Below, in pieces: positions 13,732-21,052 of a DNA stretch of 24,000 nucleotides (within the stretch, counting starts at the first letter, position 1; each line of letters begins with the position of its first letter). The notes beneath the pieces are model-generated. The model was not told the origin of the DNA. It saw only the letters and a list, made by a program, of their open reading frames with translations, and ran no database searches. The stretch is from an uncultured Candidatus Saccharibacteria bacterium (lineage in GTDB: Bacteria > Patescibacteriota > Doudnabacteria > UBA920): assembly GCA_964650255.1 (NCBI GenBank), contig CAZYQT010000006.1:1-24000 (forward strand). Direction: 5' to 3'. The translations under genes were made by a program, and so were the position numbers.

Positions 13732-14604
13732 ATGCAACAAAAGATTAGAAAAGCTGTTATTCCAGCCGCAGGTTTTGGAACTCGTTTCCTCCCGGCAACG
13801 AAAGCCATGCCGAAAGAAATGCTCCCTATTGTAGATAAGCCTATCATCCAATATGTAGTGGAAGAGGCTGTGGCCGCAGGGATTGAAGATATTATCATTG
13901 TTACTGGATGGCACAAACGCACCATTGAAGACCATTTTGACTTCCCATTTGAGTTAGAAAAGCGCCTTGAGGAAGCAGGTAAGCATGAGCAGGCAGAAGA
14001 AGTCCGCAAAATCGCAGATTTAGCTAATTTTATATATGTCCGCCAAAAAGGCACTTATGGCAACGGTACTCCAGTGCTCAACGCCCGCCATGTGGTAGGA
14101 AACGAGCCATTTGCAGTGCTTTGGGGTGATGAATTCATTTATTCTAACCCTCCTAGACTGAAGCAAATGATGGACGTTTGGGAAAAATACGGAGTTCCAA
14201 ATATTTCCGCTGTCCGCGTACCAGAAGAATCTGTGAATCGCTATGGAATTGCCGATGTAAGTGATGTTGAGCCAGGAATTTTTAAGATTAATAATATAGT
14301 AGAAAAGCCAGAGGTTGGATCGGCCCCCTCAAATTTAGCCACCCATGGCGCATACATTTTGCCTCCACGAATTTTTGAACTTTTGGCTGAGGCAACTCCA
14401 GGCAAGGGCGGCGAGATTTGGCTTCCGGAAGCAGTTGATAAACTCTCTAAAGAACAAGATGTTTACGCGGTAGAAATTCAGAATGGTCGTTACTACGACA
14501 CAGGTAATAAACTTGAGTACCTAAAGGCTGTTGTAGAGTTTGGTCTCAAGCATGATGATTTAAAAAGTGAATTCTCTGAATTTTTAAAAAACGTTACGAA
14601 ATAA
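13732..14604 (+). CDS. galU: UTP--glucose-1-phosphate uridylyltransferase
   Basis: The KAVIPAAGFGTRFLPATKAMPKEMLP signature and GalU-like length. The tracked TTG start at 13714 would lie inside the -10 box, so I prefer ATG 13732. Confidence 0.9.
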   Translation: MQQKIRKAVIPAAGFGTRFLPATKAMPKEMLPIVDKPIIQYVVEEAVAAGIEDIIIVTGWHKRTIEDHFDFPFELEKRLEEAGKHEQAEEVRKIADLANFIYVRQKGTYGNGTPVLNARHVVGNEPFAVLWGDEFIYSNPPRLKQMMDVWEKYGVPNISAVRVPEESVNRYGIADVSDVEPGIFKINNIVEKPEVGSAPSNLATHGAYILPPRIFELLAEATPGKGGEIWLPEAVDKLSKEQDVYAVEIQNGRYYDTGNKLEYLKAVVEFGLKHDDLKSEFSEFLKNVTK

Positions 14605-14632
14605 AATCCGAAAATTTAAATTTAAAACAAAA

Positions 14633-15952
14633 ATGAAAAAAATATTCCAACGATTTAGCTCTTCTTTGCTCATAATCGCGTTAATTGCGCTGCCGCTTTT
14701 ATCTATTGGCTGTGGTTGTGATCCGGCAAAAGATCCCGAATGTCGCAAACCAGGACCTGTAACTTTAAAAATTTGGAAGCCTTTTGTAGATACAGATAAA
14801 ATGCAAAGTATTATTTCTGCGTATCAATCAAAACATAGTAATGTTACTATCGAGTACACTAAAAAAAATATTGAAAACTACGAAGAGGATTTGGCGGATG
14901 CCCTAGCAGCAGAAGAGGGCCCTGATATTTACTCAATTAATAATACCTGGGTGCCACGGTATATGAACAAGATTGTCCCTGCCCCGGAAAAAGTGTTTAC
15001 AGTTAAAGAGTATAAAGACACTTTTGTGGATGCAATGGTTACTGACTTAATACGTGACGATAAAATTTATGGAACAGCTATGTGGGTGGATTCATTGGGG
15101 CTGTACTACAACAAGGACTTGATGGGTACCGCCGGTATTGCAACGCCGCCAAAAACATGGGCTGAACTTGCAGATGATACTCGTCGGATAGTGCGCCAAG
15201 ATGCTGACGGCTATTTTAGTCGTAGCGGACCAGCCATTGGCACTAACAAAAACGTGAATCGAGGCGTTGATGTTATTTATCTGTTAATGCTTCAAGCGGG
15301 AGCAGTCCCTTGGGCATCTGATGGGAGCGCCCCTACATTTGCCAATAACGTTACTCGCGGCGGGAACTCTACTAATCCTGGGCAAGAAGCCGTCTCATTT
15401 TATACTTCCTTTTCCGATCCTAATAGCGCTAATTATAGTTGGAATGAAGAAAGTGATTATTCTATTGATGCATTTGCTAATGGTCGCGCTGCGTTTTTGT
15501 ATGGGTATTCTTATACCCGAAGCATTATAGATAGCAAAGCCCCAAATCTTAATTATGATGTAGCCCCGGTGCCGCAAAATAATTTGGTAAATCCTACTGT
15601 TAACTATTCAAATTATTTTGCCGAGGTGGTAAGTAAGCAAAGTAAGCAACAAGCTTGGGCCTGGGACTTTTTAAAGTTTGCGACCAGTAAAGCCTCTTTG
15701 GATGGTTACTATAAAACTGATAAAGAGCCATCCTCGCGTCGCGATCTTATTGAGCTACAAACCAGTGACCCAGACATTGGGGTATTCGCACATGCCAACT
15801 TAACAGGCAAAACTTTCTATAAGGGTAATGAAGGGAAATTCGATGCAATTATTGGCGATATGATTGATGATATTGTTCTACGTGGCCAGGCCGTAGATCA
15901 GGCATTGAACCGGGCTCAGTCGCAAGCTCAGACTTTATCGTTAACCAGGTAG
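14633..15952 (+). CDS. Extracellular solute-binding protein (ABC transporter family-1 type), probable lipoprotein
   Basis: Signal peptide ending LLSIGC|GC. The sequence and length are typical of sugar-type SBPs. No permease or ATPase gene is adjacent. Confidence 0.7.
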   Translation: MKKIFQRFSSSLLIIALIALPLLSIGCGCDPAKDPECRKPGPVTLKIWKPFVDTDKMQSIISAYQSKHSNVTIEYTKKNIENYEEDLADALAAEEGPDIYSINNTWVPRYMNKIVPAPEKVFTVKEYKDTFVDAMVTDLIRDDKIYGTAMWVDSLGLYYNKDLMGTAGIATPPKTWAELADDTRRIVRQDADGYFSRSGPAIGTNKNVNRGVDVIYLLMLQAGAVPWASDGSAPTFANNVTRGGNSTNPGQEAVSFYTSFSDPNSANYSWNEESDYSIDAFANGRAAFLYGYSYTRSIIDSKAPNLNYDVAPVPQNNLVNPTVNYSNYFAEVVSKQSKQQAWAWDFLKFATSKASLDGYYKTDKEPSSRRDLIELQTSDPDIGVFAHANLTGKTFYKGNEGKFDAIIGDMIDDIVLRGQAVDQALNRAQSQAQTLSLTR

Positions 15953-15966
15953 AAGAAAATAGCAAT

Positions 15967-16827
15967 ATGAATTTTATCAAAAAATTATCATCAGCAGTTT
16001 TATTGGCAGCAGCTGCTTTGGTGTTGATCGCGCCTAGCTTTTTGTTAACTCCACGGACTGTCCAGGCTGAATCTTGTAGCCCATTATTTTTAGTGCGACC
16101 TTCTCAGAATCAAGCTGGCTCCGACGGCGTGATTGTTAAACCAGCAGACGCTAAGAAAGTTTATTTAGATGTAAAATTTAGTCTTAACGGCCCGAGCACA
16201 TGTCAAGGACCAGCATACGTTGTGGCCAAGTGGAACAATGCAAAAACTACAATCACAAATAATGTAGACAAAGTTTTTAATTACACCAGCGTCCCCGCAA
16301 GAGAAGGCGTGTATAGAATTGAACTACAGATTCCGAATAGTGGTTTCGGTAAAGAGGTTACTGTAACTGTTGCCGATGACGTTCTTCATCCGCCAGCCGG
16401 TGGGATTGGGACTGAGAATGGAAGTCACGTGCAGCCAACTGACAAGCCAACGAATGGTAGCAAGGGCGGGTTTGTACCTTGTGGCAATACTGCAGATAAT
16501 CCTTGCCAAATTGGTCATCTATTTTCCGCATTTATTGTAATCATCAATTATCTAATGGCCATGGCAGGGTTTGTGGCAGTACTAGCAATTATTTTTGCCG
16601 GGTTTATGATGATCTATTCTCAAGGACAAGAGAAGCTTAAAGAAGCCAAGGGCCGTTTTACAGGAGCAATCTTTGGGTTGGTGTTAGTGGCGGCGGCATT
16701 TGTCTTGATTAACTCTCTTTTCGCTGGCAGCTTGAGTATTGGTGTAAAAGATGGCGGTAAAATTTTATCAGACCCTCTCGAGTATATTAATACGAGAAGT
16801 AGTACTACTAATTCAAATACAAGATAA
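15967..16827 (+). CDS. Pilin-like paralog P1: signal peptide, beta-rich N-terminal domain and C-terminal VirB2/TrbC-like two-helix module
   Basis: Signal peptide ...TVQA|E. The C-terminus reads IINYLMAMAGFVAVLAIIFAGFMMIYSQGQEKLKEAKGRFTGAIFGLVLVAAAFVLI. Confidence 0.75.
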   Translation: MNFIKKLSSAVLLAAAALVLIAPSFLLTPRTVQAESCSPLFLVRPSQNQAGSDGVIVKPADAKKVYLDVKFSLNGPSTCQGPAYVVAKWNNAKTTITNNVDKVFNYTSVPAREGVYRIELQIPNSGFGKEVTVTVADDVLHPPAGGIGTENGSHVQPTDKPTNGSKGGFVPCGNTADNPCQIGHLFSAFIVIINYLMAMAGFVAVLAIIFAGFMMIYSQGQEKLKEAKGRFTGAIFGLVLVAAAFVLINSLFAGSLSIGVKDGGKILSDPLEYINTRSSTTNSNTR

Positions 16828-16832
16828 TACCT

Positions 16833-17231
16833 ATGAAGCATTTACTAGCGCTGAATAATAATTCCGGCGGCATCAAAATAAATAGCAACACCGGCAATAA
16901 TTCAAATCAGACTGGTTCTGGTTCGGGCACTGGTACTGGTGGTAATGCCAATAATTTTACTTTGGTTAAACCGGGTAAGATTACTGATGTTTTCAATGGC
17001 AAGTCTTTGCTTCAAATTGGAACTATGTTCATCAATTTTCTTTTGGCCATGATTGTAATTGCTGCAGTGGTGGTAATTGTTATTGCCGGATTCAAGATGG
17101 TTTTAGGTGGTGCCAACGAATCGCAAATCGCCAAGCAAAAAAAAGCCATTGTCTATGCCATTGCTGGTTTGGTGGTAGCGTTTATGTCGTTTGCCATTGT
17201 CCAAATTGTTCAAAACTTTATTCAGAAATAA
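16833..17231 (+). CDS. Pilin-like paralog P2: N/G/S/T-rich N-terminus with no obvious signal peptide
   Basis: The C-terminus reads FINFLLAMIVIAAVVVIVIAGFKMVLGGANESQIAKQKKAIVYAIAGLVVAFMSFAIVQIV. Confidence 0.7.
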   Translation: MKHLLALNNNSGGIKINSNTGNNSNQTGSGSGTGTGGNANNFTLVKPGKITDVFNGKSLLQIGTMFINFLLAMIVIAAVVVIVIAGFKMVLGGANESQIAKQKKAIVYAIAGLVVAFMSFAIVQIVQNFIQK

Positions 17232-17232
17232 A

Positions 17233-18153
17233 ATGCGAAAAACTGTGCAAAATTTGAAACTATTTTTTTACAGGCTGGGGCTAACTATTTTTGTCGCGTT
17301 CTTATTGATGGGGAGTAGTTCTACAACTGCCCATGCTCAAGCCAGCGCTACAGCCACAGACGGACGATGTGTAACAATCAAAGTATTTCTAATTAATTCA
17401 GCGGCCAACACCCCAGCCAATATAACCAGAATTAAAATTTCTGATGCTGGTAAATACGCTCTTCAGGTTGATATCAAAACTAATTTCGGCTGTACAGTTA
17501 ATGGAAAGTACACGTTAAAAGGTCAAACTTATGAGAATCAAAATGGTACCAATACTACCCCGCAAGAAACTTTTTATTTTGCTAACAGGCAGCCTGTCAC
17601 AACAAATGATTTTGCAAAGCGAACGGATGCCTTTGGCAGGCCAGCACATCCTTATTCGTATGTATATACTCTAGATTATGATAGCGACGATCTTTCCACT
17701 AATCTTTCCGCTCATATTACAATTACTTTTACGGACGACAAGGGTAATTCAGGTTCAACCCCAGGAAGCGGCGGTGGCAGTGGTAGCGGCAGCGGTACGG
17801 GCAGTAACAGTAATGTTCCTCCAAACAACAGTGTTCCGAATGAAGATATAAAAACTGATACAGATTTTACTTTAGTTAACTTAGATGATCCAATTGGCAC
17901 TTTTGATAATTTACTAAATTTCGGCTCAGTTCCGGAAGCAATTGTTAGCCTCATCAGGATATTGTTTATATTAATTGGTATTTCCGCAGTGATAGTCATA
18001 ATTATTGCTGGGTTCCGAATGGTTGTAGACAGCGGAAATGAGACGCAAATGAAGAAAGCCAAGGAAGCAATTACGTGGTCAATCGTTGGTCTAATAGTTT
18101 CTATTTTAGCGTTTAGTATTGTGGCAATTATTCAAAGAATTATTCAAGGTTAA
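17233..18153 (+). CDS. Pilin-like paralog P3: signal peptide, beta-rich domain, Gly/Ser linker and pilin module
   Basis: The ATG at 17233 sits 1 nt after the P2 stop codon, so the tracked upstream extension is an artifact. Signal peptide ...TAHA|QA. The C-terminus reads LIRILFILIGISAVIVIIIAGFRMVVDSGNETQMKKAKEAITWSIVGLIVSILAFSIV. Confidence 0.75.
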   Translation: MRKTVQNLKLFFYRLGLTIFVAFLLMGSSSTTAHAQASATATDGRCVTIKVFLINSAANTPANITRIKISDAGKYALQVDIKTNFGCTVNGKYTLKGQTYENQNGTNTTPQETFYFANRQPVTTNDFAKRTDAFGRPAHPYSYVYTLDYDSDDLSTNLSAHITITFTDDKGNSGSTPGSGGGSGSGSGTGSNSNVPPNNSVPNEDIKTDTDFTLVNLDDPIGTFDNLLNFGSVPEAIVSLIRILFILIGISAVIVIIIAGFRMVVDSGNETQMKKAKEAITWSIVGLIVSILAFSIVAIIQRIIQG

Positions 18154-18154
18154 A

Positions 18155-18595
18155 ATGATGATAAAATTTTCTAAATTTATTTGTGCAGTAGCAACGGCTT
18201 TGGCGTTGCTTGTTCCCCAAATTGCTTTAGCTGCAAACAATAACAATGGTAGTGCTAATGGCTCCGCTGGTAAGACAGACACCTGCGCGACTCTTAAGCA
18301 ACAGTTTGATAATGCCAATGGCTCCAATGTGATTGCTAATATTCCCCAGTACTGCCGCATAGAATTTGTTTATCAAAAATTTATTAATACTGCTCTGTAT
18401 TTCATTGGTATTGTGGCAGTAATTGCCGTAATATACGGCGGTTATTTGTACATGACGGCTGGTGGCAACGCAGCCCAAGTTAAAAAGGGCCGGTCGGTAT
18501 TGACTTGGGCAATAATTGGCTTAGTAGTAGTGCTGGCGGCTGCTGTAATTGTGAATGTGGTGGTGAACTTGCTTGTTGAAAACAAATTTGTATAA
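18155..18595 (+). CDS. Pilin-like paralog P4 (short form)
   Basis: The ATG at 18155 sits 1 nt after the P3 stop codon. Signal peptide ...QIALA|A. Module: FINTALYFIGIVAVIAVIYGGYLYMTAGGNAAQVKKGRSVLTWAIIGLVVVLAAAVIV. Confidence 0.75.
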   Translation: MMIKFSKFICAVATALALLVPQIALAANNNNGSANGSAGKTDTCATLKQQFDNANGSNVIANIPQYCRIEFVYQKFINTALYFIGIVAVIAVIYGGYLYMTAGGNAAQVKKGRSVLTWAIIGLVVVLAAAVIVNVVVNLLVENKFV

Positions 18596-18667
18596 TCCGC
18601 AAGTTTTCAGTAAAATATAGATACGTTACATATCATATAAATCCACACTTGAAAGGTGGTGAAAACA

Positions 18668-19105
18668 TTGAAACAAACCTTAAAAAAACTTAATTGGTTG
18701 AACGTTGCACTATTTGTAATAGTAACTGTAGTATCAATCGCTCCAGTTCTAGCTACTGCTGCGGCTCCCCGCTTAGCAGACGCTCAACTCATCAACCAAT
18801 TCGTTAATAACTGTCCTGCTGATACTGGAGTGCGTTGTTCCGAAGGGAGCATTGCTTCTATTTTCCGCTTGATCATCAACTGGGCGTTGGCAATTGCCTT
18901 TATCGCTGCTGTAATTATGCTTATCTATGGTGGTTTCCGTTACATCACTTCTGCTGGTAACTCTGACCAGGCTACTACAGGTAAGACTGCAATCGTGAAT
19001 GCTTTGATTGGTATAGTTATTATCGTTCTATCATACATTATTGTTCAGATCGTTTACCGCTTCGTTGCTGGTAATGGCACTGGCGGAGTTCTCGGCGGAC
19101 CGTAA
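18668..19105 (+). CDS. Pilin-like paralog P5 (short form), probable TTG start
   Basis: TTG 18668 lies 8 nt after AAAGGTGG and aligns with the TTG start of P6 (MKQTLKKLNW vs MKLENKKFNW). Module: IINWALAIAFIAAVIMLIYGGFRYITSAGNSDQATTGKTAIVNALIGIVIIVLSYIIVQIVY. Confidence 0.75.
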   Translation: MKQTLKKLNWLNVALFVIVTVVSIAPVLATAAAPRLADAQLINQFVNNCPADTGVRCSEGSIASIFRLIINWALAIAFIAAVIMLIYGGFRYITSAGNSDQATTGKTAIVNALIGIVIIVLSYIIVQIVYRFVAGNGTGGVLGGP

Positions 19106-19119
19106 TTAAAAACAAGAAT

Positions 19120-19521
19120 TTGAAATTAGAAAACAAAAAATTTAATTGGACTAGTGTTGCATCAATGTTGGTGGCTTTAGCGATAGTTTTGGCCCCAGCG
19201 GTGTTGCCTCATGTTGCAATGGCTCAGCAAGGAATAGGGCAAATGCCTTGTCCTCGCGACCTGGGATATTTGTGTACTGATGGCAGCGTTGCCTCTATAT
19301 TTAGATTAATTCTAAACTGGGCAATGACTATTGCTTTCCTTGCAGCAGTTATCTATTTAATCTACGGTGGATTTCAATACATCTCTTCCGCAGGTAATAC
19401 AGATAAAGCAACCAAGGGACGCGCAACAATTGTGAATGCCATTATTGGCATAGTAATAATTGTCTTGTCATATACTATAGTTCAAATTGTGTACAACTTT
19501 GTTGTCAGCCCTACTCGGTAG
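19120..19521 (+). CDS. Pilin-like paralog P6 (short form), TTG start
   Basis: Closest paralog of P5. Module: ILNWAMTIAFLAAVIYLIYGGFQYISSAGNTDKATKGRATIVNAIIGIVIIVLSYTIVQIVY. Confidence 0.75.
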   Translation: MKLENKKFNWTSVASMLVALAIVLAPAVLPHVAMAQQGIGQMPCPRDLGYLCTDGSVASIFRLILNWAMTIAFLAAVIYLIYGGFQYISSAGNTDKATKGRATIVNAIIGIVIIVLSYTIVQIVYNFVVSPTR

Positions 19522-19610
19522 GTGACATAGAAATGGTTTTCCCGCACTCGCTGCGGGATAGCTCCGGGAATAAAATTTAATATTTTACTTCCGGAATTAT
19601 TAAAACAATT

Positions 19611-20027
19611 ATGACAAAAAAAATCTTTTTACCATTAGTCGCTACAATGATCTTCGTTACTTCGATTTTCATGGGTCCGACTTTGGCTGTATCGCAAGTA
19701 CACGCGCAGAGCACAACTAACACTGGCGACAAAGTCCAGGATGGACTAACTGATATTGGCGCAGCTTATCCTGCCGGCGCAAAGCAAGAGCGCAATTTAA
19801 AAGACGTTATTCGCAAAGTTATTAACTGGGCGTTGTATTTCGCTGCTATCATTGCCGTTATCTTTATAATCATTGGTGGATTTATGTACATAACTTCTGC
19901 TGGTGATCCTGGTAAAGCAACTAAAGGCCGCACTACATTGGTTAATGCTTTAATTGGTTTAACAATTATCGTACTATCTTACTTGATTGTTCAGATTGTT
20001 TACAACTTCCTGATCAACCGAACATAA
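19611..20027 (+). CDS. Pilin-like paralog P7 (short form)
   Basis: Signal peptide ...QVHA|Q. Module: VINWALYFAAIIAVIFIIIGGFMYITSAGDPGKATKGRTTLVNALIGLTIIVLSYLIVQIVY. Confidence 0.78.
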   Translation: MTKKIFLPLVATMIFVTSIFMGPTLAVSQVHAQSTTNTGDKVQDGLTDIGAAYPAGAKQERNLKDVIRKVINWALYFAAIIAVIFIIIGGFMYITSAGDPGKATKGRTTLVNALIGLTIIVLSYLIVQIVYNFLINRT

Positions 20028-20042
20028 TTCTAGTCATTTAAC

Positions 20043-20867
20043 GTGAAAATTTCGCAAAAATTTTTGAATAAATTTTCCATGGCCATGCTACTGCTATTGA
20101 GCATGGCTTTTTTGGGTGTTGGTTTTGTATTTAAAGCCCATCCAGCTGAGGCAGCAACGATTGATGTGTGTATCAATCGTAGCAATGGCAATCTAGATTA
20201 CCCAACTAATAATCAGTGTCCAACAAATTTTGAATTAGCTACTGGAATCTCCACTCAGTATGGCGGTGTTTGCATTGCTCAAGAAGAAGATACAGGGCGT
20301 TTCGGAATAGTTTATCCTACTGGCGAATATGAATTGGATAGAAACGGTAAAACTTGTGTCTTAAGTTCAGACCACGCAACCCCAATTGGTGATTTTGTAA
20401 GATTGAGAACAACTGGAACCGGTGGTGGTAGTGGGGACCCTGTTGATCCAGGTGGTAGTGGTTCAGGGCCAGGTTCTGGTTCCGGCAGTGGAAGCGGTTC
20501 AGGCTCAGGGTCTGGATCGGGATCATCGACAACAAGTAATGCTGCCTGCGATCCACCACAAGAAGGCTTCCATAAGGTTGGGCCACTTTGTGTTCCCAAT
20601 AGCCCATTCACTAACAAAGATGCTCCGATTAACTCTCCAACAGCAGCTGGGCTTGCCGTAAAGATCATCAAAATAGCATTGTATTTTGCAGGCATAGTGG
20701 CAGTAATTATGATGATTATTGGTGGTTATCAGGTCATGACTGCTGGCGCGAATGCAACCCAAGCCACTGATGGTCGCAAAACCCTTACCAATGCTATTAT
20801 TGGCTTAGTCATAGTGATTTTGTCGTACATTGTCATCCAGGCTATTACTAATTACCTCACTAAATAA
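20043..20867 (+). CDS. Pilin-like paralog P8: signal peptide, Cys-containing N-terminal domain, long Gly/Ser linker and pilin module
   Basis: GTG start; an internal ATG start is possible. Signal peptide ...PAEA|A. Linker: (GS)n. Module: IIKIALYFAGIVAVIMMIIGGYQVMTAGANATQATDGRKTLTNAIIGLVIVILSYIVIQAI. Confidence 0.75.
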   Translation: MKISQKFLNKFSMAMLLLLSMAFLGVGFVFKAHPAEAATIDVCINRSNGNLDYPTNNQCPTNFELATGISTQYGGVCIAQEEDTGRFGIVYPTGEYELDRNGKTCVLSSDHATPIGDFVRLRTTGTGGGSGDPVDPGGSGSGPGSGSGSGSGSGSGSGSGSSTTSNAACDPPQEGFHKVGPLCVPNSPFTNKDAPINSPTAAGLAVKIIKIALYFAGIVAVIMMIIGGYQVMTAGANATQATDGRKTLTNAIIGLVIVILSYIVIQAITNYLTK

Positions 20868-20913
20868 CCCAAGTTTAGGGCTTTGCAAACCCATTTATAT
20901 ATCGTATAATAAG

Positions 20914-20944
20914 TAACCAGAGCACATCGCCTGGTTATTTTCTT
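20914..20944 (+). terminator. Hairpin plus U-run after the pilin array, directly abutting tRNA-Leu
   Basis: TAACCAG-agcacatcgc-CTGGTTA-TTTTCTT. Confidence 0.55.
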
Positions 20945-21031
20945 GCCGGAGTGGCGAAATTGGCAGACGCACCAGCCTTAGGAGCTGGCGGGGGCAACCC
21001 TGTGGAGGTTCAAGTCCTCTCTCCGGCACCA
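20945..21031 (+). tRNA. tRNA-Leu, anticodon UAG, class II with long variable arm and encoded CCA
   Basis: Acceptor GCCGGAG/CTCCGGC. Anticodon stem CCAGC/GCTGG with loop CTTAGGA. Variable arm of about 15 nt. T arm GGAGG-TTCAAGT-CCTCT. Discriminator A followed by CCA. Confidence 0.92.
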
Positions 21032-21052
21032 TCAATATTATTAAATTTTTTT

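Noticed and set aside
17905-17965. Minus-strand CUGAUGA-GGCU...AGCC-GAAA inside P3
   Set aside because: The putative stem II is 4 bp with a loop of about 20 nt. No credible stem I hairpin or cleavage triplet lies upstream, and the site is within a conserved coding module. A chance match.
19522-19610. Hairpins between P6 and P7 (CCCGCA-cucgc-UGCGGG and a TCCGG-containing stem) considered as a terminator
   Set aside because: No U-run follows either stem. They may affect mRNA stability, but I cannot call a terminator.
20312-20762. Antisense and alternate-frame ORFs across the P8 Gly/Ser linker (20312..20695-, 20317..20607-, 20422..20661+, 20523..20762-)
   Set aside because: These open frames arise from the GGN/AGY/TCN repeat composition. 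The sense frame carries a signal peptide and the conserved pilin module.
20951-21052. N-terminal extension of the ftsH ORF (MAKLADAPALGAGGGNPVEVQVLSPAPS...)
   Set aside because: This stretch is the tRNA-Leu gene read as protein. The real ftsH start is ATG 21053.
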